A DNA stretch of 63,696 nucleotides, filler included, from Reticulomyxa filosa (taxonomy: Eukaryota > Protista > Foraminifera): NCBI GenBank assembly GCA_000512085.1. It is 19 parts of 19 records of this genome, joined end to end, with 100 filler letters (N's around TTAATTAATTAA, not from the genome) between each part and the next. Parts side by side here need not be neighbours in the genome. Positions count along the whole stretch, not along the records: positions 51,751 to 53,391 come from ASPP01011647.1; positions 53,492 to 54,616 come from ASPP01049899.1; positions 54,717 to 61,787 come from ASPP01004180.1; positions 61,888 to 63,696 come from ASPP01014695.1; 15 more parts are not named here. One strand, given 5' to 3'. The position numbers were made by a program, and so were the translations under genes. Below the pieces are notes generated by a model that was not told where the DNA came from, did not search any database, and was given only the letters and a program-made list of their open reading frames with translations. Below, one piece after another: positions 51,841-63,696 of the stretch (position 1 is the first letter of the stretch; the number at the start of each line of letters is the position of its first letter).

Positions 51841-53290
51841 GTGATTGCCCAGCAAATTATCAGGAAAAAGCAACGACGCTGGGGCATCTGGGAGCATTTC
51901 GATTTATGTTTCGAAAAGTGGCTGATGAACTAGATGATGAAGACAGTGACACTGACGGAGACATGTTTTGCAAACACCAAGTTCATACGAAACTCCATTT
52001 ATATAATATATATGCATATATATACACATATACATATAAATACATATATATATGTATATTTCATTTTGTTTAAAAAATTTTCAAAAGGCCAACCAAAACA
52101 AAGAAGAGTACGCACACAACTATCCGGCAGATTATATGGAAAAAAAAGGGCTAACAAATACCGCTTGGAGGCGTCGTTATTTTGTGTTGATTGAAGATAA
52201 ATTATTTTATTTCAAAGTGTGTGCAGACAACTTGTCATTGTTTTATTATTATCATTTTTTTTTTTTTTAAAAAAAAATTGTCTATTTTTGTGATATTTGT
52301 TTATATGTTGTTTTTTTTTTTTTGTCTTATTTTATGTCATGTTTGCAAATGTCGGGGGGGGGGAGATGAGAATAGAATCGTGATAGTTTCGACAAATCGT
52401 CACGGACACGGAGCTCCAGTTATATCCCCTTGAGTAATCCCACGGCAATTGTCAAGATCCGTTGGGATCTGTCGCCATCAGTACGCAAAGCCTCCATAAT
52501 GTCTCCGTTGTATGCCGCGGATTGGTGGTACTTTGATATCGACACCGCCGCCAGAATCTTTTCTCTACGCACAACGAGTTTCGATACACTAAAGCGCTGG
52601 TTTCAGTTTTGTGCTGTCTTGTGTTTATTTGGCGTTACTGACTCCAAATTTGTTGATGGCTCTGGTTTCTCTTGATAATACTTTGGTTGTGTGTTCCGTA
52701 GTCTGTTATACAAACCCAATGAAGGATTGAGGTTGGTAAATGGATTGGATTATTGGATTGCAAAGACTGAAAGTGAACATGTGCGTATTATTTGTTATTT
52801 ATTTTGTGTTGTATTGTATTGTACGGATCAGGAAGAAAAACAAAAACTTTGGAGGGAAATTGTCACGAGCTGGTTTTGTAGAAAATTGCAACGTAAAAAT
52901 ATGTTTTGTCTGGATTTTGTTTTGTGTCTCGTTTTAAGGCAGACGATGATGAAACTGAAATGGAAAGCTACACCACATTAAGTAGTGTGGTAGCCAATCC
53001 TGCAATTGCTCATAGTAAGTTTAATACTTTTTTTTTTGTATGTGTGTTTTTCCTTTGCTCCTTTCTATCTCTATATCTTCCCTTCTGTATTTTGTTTTGC
53101 GTCACTAATTATCGCAATCACAATTTGTTCATTTATCATTTGATTGATTGTTGAAGAGTGGGATAACCATAAAACACAACAACAAACCAACAATTATGCC
53201 ATATGTTTGACTTCAATATGTTCTCTTTCGATTCAAATTCCATCCACTCACGACATTGAAAAGCCTTTTTGATCTACTTGGTAAGGTTAT
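51841..53290 (+). CDS. PH-domain protein, internal multi-exon fragment
   Basis: ADYMEKKGLTNTAWRRRYFVLIEDKLFYFK ... YFDIDTAARIFSLRTTSFDTLKRW is a PH signature. Confidence 0.85.
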
Positions 53291-53491
53291 CCCTTGTTCT
53301 CTTTTCTTTTGTTTGGCTGCCACGAACAAACTGAGGACACAATGTCACAATAAGTGAACAAAAGAGAAGAGAAAAATATTCAAGAGGGGGGNNNNNNNNN
53401 NNNNNNNNNNNNNNNNNNNNNNNNNNNNNNNNNNNTTAATTAATTAANNNNNNNNNNNNNNNNNNNNNNNNNNNNNNNNNNNNNNNNNNNN

Positions 53492-54124
53492 CATTTATTA
53501 ATCCATCATCTGGTGTTTTCCTTTTCGTTGTGTTTGATGTTATTATTATCAACGTTCCATAATCTTATGAATTCGATAGCCTGAAATTTGAAATACCAAT
53601 CCACCAGCAGCAAATGATTTACTAGTGGCAGAAGAAAAGCATGTGAATGTTGTTGATATTGCCATTTCGGCTTATTTAATAAAAAAGTGCTCAATTTTGT
53701 TTGCCATTCTTTCTTATCAATCGACTGTTCATTTTCGATGTTGTTATCTTGTAGATCTGAAATTTTTCAACTAGTAAAAAGATTTTTATCACGATAAAAA
53801 ATTCTTTTTTTAGTAGTTTGAAAGTATCTTTGTCTTTGTTTCTGTTTTCGCCACAATTTTGTTGACGACGAAAATCATCGAAAATGAACAGTCGATTGAT
53901 AAGAAAGAATGGCAAACAAAATTGAGCACTTTTTTATTAAATAAGCCGAAATGGCAATATCAACAACATTCACATGCTTTTCTTCTGCCACTAGTAAATC
54001 ATTTGCTGCTGGTGGATTGGTATTTCAAATTTCAGGCTATCGAATTCATAAGATTATGGAACGTTGATAATAATAACATCAAACACAACGAAAAGGAAAA
54101 CACCAGATGATGGATTAATAAATG
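53492..54124. repeat. Perfect 249-bp inverted repeat (53492-53740 / 53876-54124) with a 135-bp spacer
   Basis: The arms are reverse complements; the same peptide appears on both strands (ORFs 53506-53694 minus and 53859-54110 plus). Confidence 0.97.
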
Positions 54125-54500
54125 GAGAAGTGAAGAAGGCAAAGCATATCACTCAAGACTTTAAGATATTGAAAGACAATGACATTCAGATTGGATATTC
54201 AATGGTGAAAGTGGAACCATTTGATAGAAATAAATCGAGACCAAAGTCTCATTTCAGGCAATGCAAAAATTGCTACAAATTGAACCATATTACTTGTGAA
54301 TGCCCAAAGAAACGTAAGGCGTGCAAGTATTGCGGATTGGCTAATCACGAAGGAGCAGAATGCAGAAACAAGAACAATCCAAGCAAATACAATGTGTGGG
54401 CAACATCCAAGTAATTCTGTGCAGTGTGAAGTGATTCGCAAGGCAAGAGAAAAACTTGGTATTAAATTAACGAGGACCATATCTGTTTATAGATAGAATA
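53876..54500 (+). mobile_element. Degenerate gag/ORF1 of a non-LTR-like retroelement with three CCHC knuckles
   Basis: IQIGYSMVKVEPF...RQCKNCYKLNHITCEC...ACKYCGLANHEGAEC...CGQHPSNSVQC, with stops and frameshifts. Confidence 0.8.
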
Positions 54501-54792
54501 TTGAATTCAAACAAGCACCTTACCCAAAAATGAGTACAGTACTAAATACACACTGCAATACAAAAAGTAAACAACAAAAATAAGTGTCTTCAATGTTCTT
54601 GTGGCCGTTCGTATCCNNNNNNNNNNNNNNNNNNNNNNNNNNNNNNNNNNNNNNNNNNNNTTAATTAATTAANNNNNNNNNNNNNNNNNNNNNNNNNNNN
54701 NNNNNNNNNNNNNNNNAAAAAAAAAAAAAGAAAAAACATATCCGAAAAAACGCAAGTTGAAAAATAAACACAACAAAAAAAAAAAAAAAAAG

Positions 54793-55902
54793 GTTGGGCG
54801 GATTATTGCAAAAAGAATTGAAAACTACGTATGGAAAAATTCCGCAAATAGCGTTTAGCATTTTTCCATCGCAGTCAATGTCGACATGTGTGGTGGAACC
54901 ATACAATGCGTTGCTAGCGATGCAAGGCATGATTGAGTGGAACAATATCACGGTGATGTTGGACAACGAAGCCGGGTATGACATAACGACGCAGCAGCTG
55001 TTGAAGTACACGAGCACTCCACAGGCCAAGGCGTCGTATTACAATATCAATGCGTTGGTATGTAAAGTGGCGTCAGGCGTGACCTGTGGTCTGCGCTTTG
55101 TCGGGGAGCAACAAAGCACAATTGCAGACATGCAGACCAACTTGGTCCCGTTTCCACGGTTGCACTTTATGACATGTAGCCTGGCCCCCGTGGTCAGCGA
55201 GTTCAACAAAGAGTACACCCCTTGGAGCGAACAAGACATCACTTTTCGAGCTTTTGAAAAGGAATATATGTTTGTCAAATATCACGATTGGGATGTGGAA
55301 CAAGACCAAGTTTATATACATATATACAAAATATATGTATATATGTATGCATATATATATGTTTGTATAATTTTTCTTTTTAATAAAAAAAAAAAAAATA
55401 AAAAAAAAAATTGAAGAAAAAGTATATATGTATATATGTACATATATGTAATGTTGTAAAGTATTGTGGAATATCGCTCGTCTACCGTGGTAACTCTAAT
55501 ATCGCTGCCGTAAATGCGGCAATCCAAAAAGTCAAAGACTCACGACTGAAATTAGTGCAATGGTGTCCTACAGGCTTTAAAACCTCACTTATCGATCGAA
55601 ATTTGTCTGTTCTAACTGATGACGGCATCATGGCGACGGACAAAAGCTTGACAATGATCGGAAACAACACTGCCATTGGTAGGCCTTTGGAAACCCGAAT
55701 TGGTCGCAAGTTTGATATCATGTACTCACAAAGGGCATTTGTCCACTGGTATGTTGGTGAGGGAATGGAAGAAGGGGAATTCGCAGAGGCCAGAGAAGAC
55801 TTAGAAATGTTGGTCAAAGATTACTCCGATTTAAAAGGCGACAACAACTCGGATGACGAAGACACAAATGACCCTGCCCTTGATGAACAGGATGAACATT
55901 AA
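54793..55902 (+). CDS. Highly divergent alpha-tubulin, 5' partial
   Basis: VVEPYN, LDNEA, QTNLVPFPRLHF, WCPTGFK and KFDIMYSQRAFVHWYVGEGMEEGEFAEAREDL (alpha-specific); intron 55310-55461. Confidence 0.93.
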
Positions 55903-56469
55903 TCAAAGTACAATTGTTCAAATAAAAACCTATTCATCTTAGTGATGATGATTCTTTGCTTTCTCTGTCCTTTTTTTTTGTCAATTTTTTTTTGTTCAGA
56001 CGTTTTGTTTGTGTAGTGGCTTTTTTTTTCCTCCCCTTATTCTCCTTCTCCTTCTTCTTTTCATGTTCCTCCTCGCCTTTGGAAAAAATATAATGAAAGC
56101 ACTATTTTTGTCTTGTGCACATTCTTTTTTATTCTTTTGTTTTGTTTAGTGAATGTTGACTCGTTTTCCGTTTTGTTTGTTTTTTTGTTTTGAGATGCTT
56201 TTTTTTATATCACAAAACAAATATTGAGTGAACCAAATATGATATCAAATTTTGTCGCAAATCTTCCATTGTCTTCAACATTAGCATCGTCGAGCTATAC
56301 TCCAATCCACAGACCCTTTTATTTGATTTAGTTTTCGTGTTCAACAAACAAGAGACAAGTGTTACAAATCCATATAATAATTTTTTTTTTGTTAAATTTG
56401 CAAATAAATGAAAAGTCGTTATGTAAGTATGACAAAACAAAACAAAAATAAAATAAAAGCAAACTTACG

Positions 56470-57881
56470 TCGTCAAACGACAAACTGCCAATATAACACA
56501 CGACTATGTGCACTTTTTTTGGCAGTTATGTTCACACGACTGCAGCAATAATGTGAGGAAACTGCTTTGATTCTGGTGTTGCTGTTTATACATTTAATAG
56601 CATCACACAATTGTAACATAATATATGACAAATATAAAATTGCAATTTATTTCGTAGATTGTTAAAAACTTTTGACTTATTGTTTTGAAAAAAAAAAGAC
56701 TTGTGGAACGCAAATGACCGCAATCAACATTACTATAATTAAAGTGTTAGTGTACCTGGTGATCCTCAAAAAACAGTACAATGATTCATTCGACCACTCG
56801 AATTTGTACAATAACGTATATAAATACATATACTTATATGTATAAAAAGATAGCTTTGAATGCGCATTCCTAATGTAATGACGTAACCTGGCGCCAAAGA
56901 TCATTGCTACACTTGTACCATTCTATTCACACAAATATGTTATTTATAATAAATTGTGTTTTTAATTTTACATATGATTGATCAGGGTTATTGATATTAT
57001 AAACGGAAAAAGTCAGTTTGTAGTTTTTTTTGTTTTGTTTTATTTATTTATATTAGAAATAATGTCAGTACAAGTTGTAACAATTGATATGCGCAAGTAA
57101 TAAGTCAAGTACTATTATATTATATAGTACAATTCATATTGTCTGTTTTTTTTAAAAAATATAGCGATTTTCATTCGAATATAATGACAAAAAGAATTTG
57201 TAAGTGAAAATAGTATATAGCGGCATTTGCATAGTAGTTGAAGAACAATGATGATACGAAGAAGATGCTTGATAAAAGCAAGTTGAAGATGGCATCGGCG
57301 CTTGAAATTAGAATTTGAAAAAGCTGCAAAACAGTTGCAAAAAGATGGAGCAGATACATTTTTAGTGAAAATTGATATTTCATATAATAGCGATCTATCA
57401 GCAAAATATTCTATTAACAATGTGCCATTAAATATTTCGTGAATGGAGATTTGGAAAAAGCAGATGAATATAATGGAGGAAAAAAGAAGGAGATGTTGTC
57501 TCTTGAGTTGTGAAAAACGAATTGACTGTCTTGACTATCTTACAATCATATGAAGTGGAAACACGAATTTTTTTTGTAACACCTTCCAGAAAAAAATGTT
57601 TTATAATGTTTTTTTAATTAATTTTGATTTGTGTTTTACACAAAAAAGTTTTATACTTAATTTTCGTGCAATTAGCTTTATTTATGAACAAACCAATCAA
57701 GCTTGGAATAAGCAACGTCAGTCTTTTTTTTTGTTTACCAAAGACAGTTTGTGTTTCGGCAAACGATACATTACCAATGTAACACACGACCACGTGCACT
57801 TTTTTGGCAGTTATATTCACACGACTGCAGGCAATAATGTGAAGAAACTGCTTTGATTCTGGTGTTGCTGTTTATACATTT
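56470..57881. repeat. Diverged direct repeat pair (56470-56595 and 57758-57881)
   Basis: Shared TAACACACGAC..TGTGCACTTTTTTGGCAGTTAT.TTCACACGACTGCAG..AATAATGTGA.GAAACTGCTTTGATTCTGGTGTTGCTGTTTATACATTT. Confidence 0.9.
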
Positions 57882-59740
57882 GAAAAAGCTTTTTACAATT
57901 ATTGTGAATAATGTAGACAAACTGCTGAACAATTTTCAAAATGATAAAACAATAATTGACCACCAATAATCCATTGCATCTATCGCTCGTTCCACCATTA
58001 AAACAAAATTTCCTATCAGAACAAAGTGTTCGAGACAAAGACACGGAAAGCGAAAATGATATACAGAAAATGAGTCCAATGCAAGAGCCTTCATAGATAA
58101 TAAAGAATACGTACCTCCTCAATCTAAGAAAGTGGATACAACAAATCAATGGCATTTGCCGTAGCAATGTTCGAGCGTGATTGAATATGCCACTCAACAA
58201 TTGCTCAAGTTACTTGTTGTTGGTTGCATCCGCGGAAGTGTTGGAAATTAGATTGTTGTGAATAATAGAAAAGAGATGGTATTGATTGAGTGGACGCACG
58301 TCTGGAGTGGTAATAGCGTCTTTGGGTGTATCCCATAGAAACATGCATTCTCTTGTTTTGCGTCATCGTATTTCTTTTCCACGTATTCGATGTGGATCTC
58401 AAATTCCAATGCAACGTCGGACAGTACGTTTGTGAGTGTCAACAAAAAAGTGTCCTAGAAAAAAATATGTAGTAATAAAATATAACAGGTGATTTTTTTA
58501 GAAAGAAAAAACGGTAAAGGTGACAGAAAAGTAAAATAAGCAAATTATAGCAGTGAAAAAAAAAGTGCAAGATGGGCAAAAGGGGGAAAATCCAGGAGGA
58601 CGAATGCACAAAGTAAAACAAATAATCACAAAAAATCAATGAATTATTAATGATGTGCTTTCCCTCTTTAGTCTTGTAAGACGTCAGCCAGAAAAGAGTT
58701 TGCACTAAATGTAATACGAAAGTGCTTTTTTGCTCAAAGAGCCTGATTGTCAACAAACAAGTAAATTAAAACAAATTAAAGAGAAATGACACGAAAAAGA
58801 GGAAAACAAAACAAGGCAAAGTGAAGAAGGTTGTAAAGGAAGTTTAACCCACTGGGGGTTCCTCGGGTCCTCCCGAGTTCAAACCTTTAGAATAGGGACT
58901 TGTACTACACTATTCACATAGGCATTGTGTCCAGTGAATATATTGAGTAATGTGGACGACGAATGAAACATTTCAAACAGGAAAAAATTAGTTGACTGTA
59001 TTAAATTGTGATAACAAATAAATATCCATCATTGAACAAAAGAAAAACAAATAAACTCAACATATTTTACAACAACTTTGTTGAAATCCTGGATCCATCC
59101 AAATTTGATGTTTAATATTCGAATCCAATGTTTAATAATTAGTTGAATCTCATCTTTTTCTGTCTATAATAAAAACTAAGATAATCAGCTTCAGAAAAGA
59201 TTGAAAAGAAGCTTACCAATGATGGTTGCATTGACATTTTTTTAAGTTTTGATGATTTAAGACGAAAAAAATGTTTGAACTTTTTTAGATCAACCCCAAT
59301 GAAGGGTTATCAAAAAAACTTCACAATTGTTTTTAAATTTGAATGAAATGTCAACACCTATTACTTTGTAAGTTAGTTACATGCTTATTTCATCTATCCA
59401 AACTTTAAAACTTCTAATAAAGGAGTTTTTCAAACTACTTTGATCGATATTTTGTTATGCTTTTTTTTGTTAAAATAAAGGAACAAATCACTCGAAATAA
59501 AAATTGACTTTATAAATATTGAATCAATTTGCACAATGTCAGCTTACAGTGTTTCCTCAAAACAATTATATTTTCTGATTTTATGAAATACGTATAAAAG
59601 TTTATAATATACATATTTTCTGGAATTTTGTTTATAAGGAGATATGTTGTTATGTAAGTTATCTTTTTTTTGACTTTTCAAAAGAGTCATGTCACAATCC
59701 CCTTTTTTTTGTTAAAAACTAAATTCAAAACCTTAACAGC

Positions 59741-61010
59741 ATGGACAAGCAAACTACACTACAAAACCCTTCTGAAAGACAAACCGAACAAAGTCAACAT
59801 ATGATTACTTCAACTCTCTTTCAAACTTTGAAGGAGTTGCCCATTCCAATTGAAAATACTCAATGTGTGCTATACAAACATGAAATCCTCATTTGTGGAA
59901 ATAGATTTAAAAGAGATTGTTATTCTTATCATATACTTAAAAATGAATACAAGTTTATCTGCGAGTATCCAAGAGGTATTGAATTAGATGGACACTGTGT
60001 AATGAAACTTGTAGATAACAACAGCAATGAAATTACTTTATTGTCTTTTGGTGGAGATTATAAACATACATTGGTGATGAAATATGTAAGTGTTTGGAGT
60101 AATGACAATAATAACAATGATAATGAAATGGATAAATCAAAGGAAGTAAAGAAATTAAACAATTACAATGAATGGGTTCCTTTCACAGACAATCACAATA
60201 ATCAAATTGAAATTGGAAGAAGTGGAGATTATTATATTGGAGTTCGTGCAGTGATTGGTGGAAGCAATAATCATTTATTATTTATTGCATATTATCCAAA
60301 TAATATTAGTGTGTTTGATTTAAATACATTTCAATTTATTAAATATGGTCGATTACCAACTAAAAGAATGTTATTTCATTGCTTTATATCAAAGCCAGAA
60401 AAAAATAAGAACAAAATTTATGAGCTGTTGTTATTTTGTTGGGATACAGGACTATCAATTGAATATGATGAAGATAAAAACACTTTTCAATTTCATGAAC
60501 TACCTGTTTGTGATGATATTAAGCCATTTTTTCGATATGCATATGTATGTATCAATGATATCATCTTATTCTTTGGTGGACGAAATGCTAAACTTGATGA
60601 TAAAAGTGTTGTTTCAAAATCAGTGTACAAGTATTCGATCCAAGAAAACAAGTGGATGATATTTCAAAACAATTTACCTAATCCATTGTATGATTGTGTT
60701 GCAATATTGAGTGAAGACGACAATCATATACACATCATTGGAGGACAAAACGATAAAAATACCACAATATCAACTCACATGAAGACAAAAGTTCGTGTAT
60801 GGGATGCTTCACTGTTGGTAATGATTTGTTTTTTATTTAAATAAATTTTATATTAATTAACAAATAATAAATAATGAACAGTCAAAACATGAAATAAAAT
60901 TTATTATCCAACATTGGGTTCGAACTTTAAAGATAAAATTAGGATGGATCAATGATTTTGATGAACTTGTTTTCAAATACAGCAAAAAAGATATAACTTT
61001 TAAAATCTAA
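59741..61010 (+). CDS. Kelch-like beta-propeller protein (lineage-expanded family), 2 exons
   Basis: QCVLYKHEILICG, LLSFGG, ILFFGG and IHIIGG blades; intron 60818-60881; last exon IIQHWVRTLKIKLGWINDFDELV; TAA at 61008-61010. Confidence 0.9.
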
Positions 61011-61922
61011 ATTACATATTCATTTTTATTGGATCTTTGTAAATTTTTTAAAAAACTTGAAACAACTTGTTACGAACTGTTTTAATTCAGAATCAAGTGT
61101 TTTGTATTCAAATAATTATTATAGGATTATATTTGACAACTGATTGCTAAATTCACTATCTTGATTGTAACAAACACTTGTGGATCAATCAAAAGCATTT
61201 TCCTTTCTTATAGCAGTCAAAGTTTTTTACTTTTTTTGGAGTAACAAGGGTTTTTTTATGTTAATTCGTATGTAAATTGGACAAAAATGATAGTAACAAT
61301 ACAAAACAAGCGACAATTCATATTGAAAGCGATATCTTAGTACATTTTGTTTCTTCCAATTCGTTTTTCGAAATTCGTAGTAATCGTGTTTTTGTCCCAA
61401 GCAGATTTTTTTTGAATGAAAAAAATTAACATCATATTACTTTCTTTTCCTAAGCAAAGCTGACTTGCCTTTAAAAAAAATCAGTGAAGCAAACATATCA
61501 ATCCAGTAATTACATTTTCAATGTCAATTCTTTACAAAGAGAAGCAAGACCTTTGTAATTAAAATATTTAACCGTTAATTTTTTTTTGAACAATAAGGAT
61601 ATATGAATGATTTATCCCAAACATGTTAACGTAAAATCGGTAAAATATTTATCCATATACGTTATGTGCTGATATTTACTGACTTTTTGGTTTCTCAATT
61701 GATATAAATTCCAGACCATTTTGTCTCGTTTTAAGGAAATGACGTATTTATATAGCAGATAGCTATTTGTACTCATTTTTTGGAATGNNNNNNNNNNNNN
61801 NNNNNNNNNNNNNNNNNNNNNNNNNNNNNNNTTAATTAATTAANNNNNNNNNNNNNNNNNNNNNNNNNNNNNNNNNNNNNNNNNNNNTTTTTTTTTTTTT
61901 TGTTGGTTTTTTTTTTTTTTTG

Positions 61923-62520
61923 TTATTGTTGTTGGACTGAAACCTGGTCAGAACGAAGGAGGGGAGGGGGTCGGGGAAGAAAAAAAAAGTTTAGCACCCG
62001 CCTTTCCCCCCCCCCTTTTTTTTTTTTTGTTTGTCCTCCCCCTTGTATTTCATTGAACTTACTGGAATCGGTGATAGCGTTATCATCCCTATCTTGATTG
62101 ACGCTTGTCGGCGGCAGTGTCTCTTCTCGATTGTCGATACTCTCCGGCTCGAAAATGCATTGGTGCAATTTGGGCTTGAACTCGTGATTAAAGTAGTGGG
62201 TACAATGACTTATACATTCCTTAATTAAACAGTTAGGGGGTGGAACTATTAGGTCCTTTGTTTGCAAGTGAATGGGCAAATTCGACAAATCAATCTTATT
62301 GCTAATACTGTCATACATTTTACTTTCTGGATCCTTATAAAACGCTTGCTCTTTTAGGCGGTTACTTTTGTGTGCACTTCGCAGGTCCGACGCAAAATAA
62401 GGTGGAAGACGTGCCACAAATGCATCAAATTGTTGTTGGAAATGCTCAACGTGCGTGATGCTTGAATAGCCCAAACGGTTGTACTTTGCCTGGTCTTTAT
62501 CTATCCATATCCGCCTTCAT
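61923..62520 (-). CDS. Hypothetical protein exon
   Basis: 183-aa ORF with coding-like composition; divergent from RAD9; no domain recognised. Confidence 0.45.
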
Positions 62521-62950
62521 CAACACAATTCCTGTTTGCTAAGTCAATGAGACAAAAAAAGGTAAATAAATATTTTTCAAAACTTAGGGCGAGGCCGGCT
62601 AGAGTATGCTGTTGTCATGGAATATCTGATTTCCCAAAAAAAAGGATTTCAAGATTCACTTGAACATTGCACTACAAAGATATTGCTGAATTTCGTTTGT
62701 GGTACTGATGCACACAAGCTTGACAATGAAAAATTATACTCAAGAAATACACTAAATGAAAAACTTGATGCCTTTCACGCTAGCTTTTTTGTTTTTTTTG
62801 TGCAATTGGTAGCACTGGGATTGAGAATTTTGAAATTGCTTTAAAACCACTCTTGAAATTAATCAATTTTAAAAAGAAAAGAAAAAAGTATCTTTTAGTG
62901 ACAAGGCAAGAAGTGACGAGAACAAAAAAAAGGGGGGATTAAAGAAAAAG

Positions 62951-63643
62951 ATGAATGCTCCAGAATTAGAATGTGCAATAGAGGAAAAAAATATCAAGCA
63001 ATTTGCTTCAATTGTCCAAGTTTTGTTCGTTTCCTTAGTCTGTATGTCAGGCCTACAGTTGATTTTTCTCATTCTGCTGTTCCAGTGGAAAAAACGAGAA
63101 CAAACTAAAACAACAAAAATGACAAAGTGTTTGGCAAAAATCGGAGACGCCGTATGCATAAACAGTTCCCCAAACTGTATTTCGTTCAGCACAATAAATG
63201 AAAACGAGCTCGCTCACTTATATGTGAAATTCGAAGATCGTTTTTTCCATTCCTACAACTATTCACAACCAAGATCGTCGCAAAATAATTCACTTCGGAA
63301 CAATGAAGAGGGAAGCCAAGGTAAAACTGCGAATCATATTCGATGTAAAATCAAATCCAAATTACTGTTGTCAGTATTTCGAGTAATCAATAACATTCGT
63401 TCGTTTCGTGCTTTGTTTTTTTTTTTTTTTTTTTTTGGGAGAGTGAATAAATTTCTGTTCTGGTTCTGTTCCGCAAAGTGAGGAACAAGAAGAGAAAAAA
63501 AGTGTATCATGTAATGTGAAATGATAGTGTAGAATTGAAACTAATGCCAGGAGAGAACCAAATGGATGTGCTATTGGTATTTCGGCTGGGAATCACTCGC
63601 AAGTATACGTTTCGTTTTGAACAATTGCCAGTCATGATTATAG
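62951..63643 (+). CDS. RAD9: Checkpoint clamp (9-1-1) subunit Rad9, 3' partial
   Basis: Removing intron 63020-63127 gives LECAIEEKNIKQFASIVQCLAKIGDAVCI...FSTINEN..AH..VKF..RFFHSY...IRCKIKSKLLLSVFR; the next exon reads LGITRKYTFRFE. Confidence 0.85.
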
Positions 63644-63658
63644 TTCCCTGGATCTTTG

Positions 63659-63696
<38 letters not shown>

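Noticed and set aside
58903-58910. Minus-strand GTGTAGTA (U2 branch-pairing motif)
   Set aside because: No U2 stem I, stem IIa or Sm site around it.

Overview
Eukaryotic, AT-rich, intron-containing genomic DNA. It is not one locus: 19 small contigs are joined by 18 identical artificial 100-bp spacers (44 N + TTAATTAATTAA + 44 N), so adjacency across spacers carries no information. The gene families (42-aa TPR family, kelch-like family ending KIKLGWINDFD, RING/TRAF-zinc-finger family, divergent alpha-tubulin) and homopolymer-rich introns suggest a foraminiferan such as Reticulomyxa filosa (inference). Contig 1 (1-18126) is gene-dense: FAM177-like, calmodulin/myosin light chain-like, orphan 7TM, SKP1, EF-hand membrane protein, MBF1, SMYD, Cdc123-like ATP-grasp, ENT transporter and a PLP gamma-lyase. 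Later contigs carry BTB, RETSAT-like, QTRT2, TPR, VPS13, VPS41, SPT6, VWD/mucin, DGK, TRAF, PH, alpha-tubulin, kelch and RAD9 genes (many partial), plus pseudogenes and gag-like retroelement fragments. Most interesting signals: (1) an unannotated GC-rich ~100-nt structured Pol III-type ncRNA candidate at 10412-10520; (2) an alpha-tubulin that has lost the GxxNxD T7 loop and carries E254D; (3) head-to-head gag-like elements separated by hairpin arrays, including a 249-bp perfect palindrome with a T-shaped loop; (4) introns with GTT donors, U-rich 5' halves and A-rich 3' halves instead of polypyrimidine tracts; (5) a Cdc123-like enzyme ending in a CaaX box.
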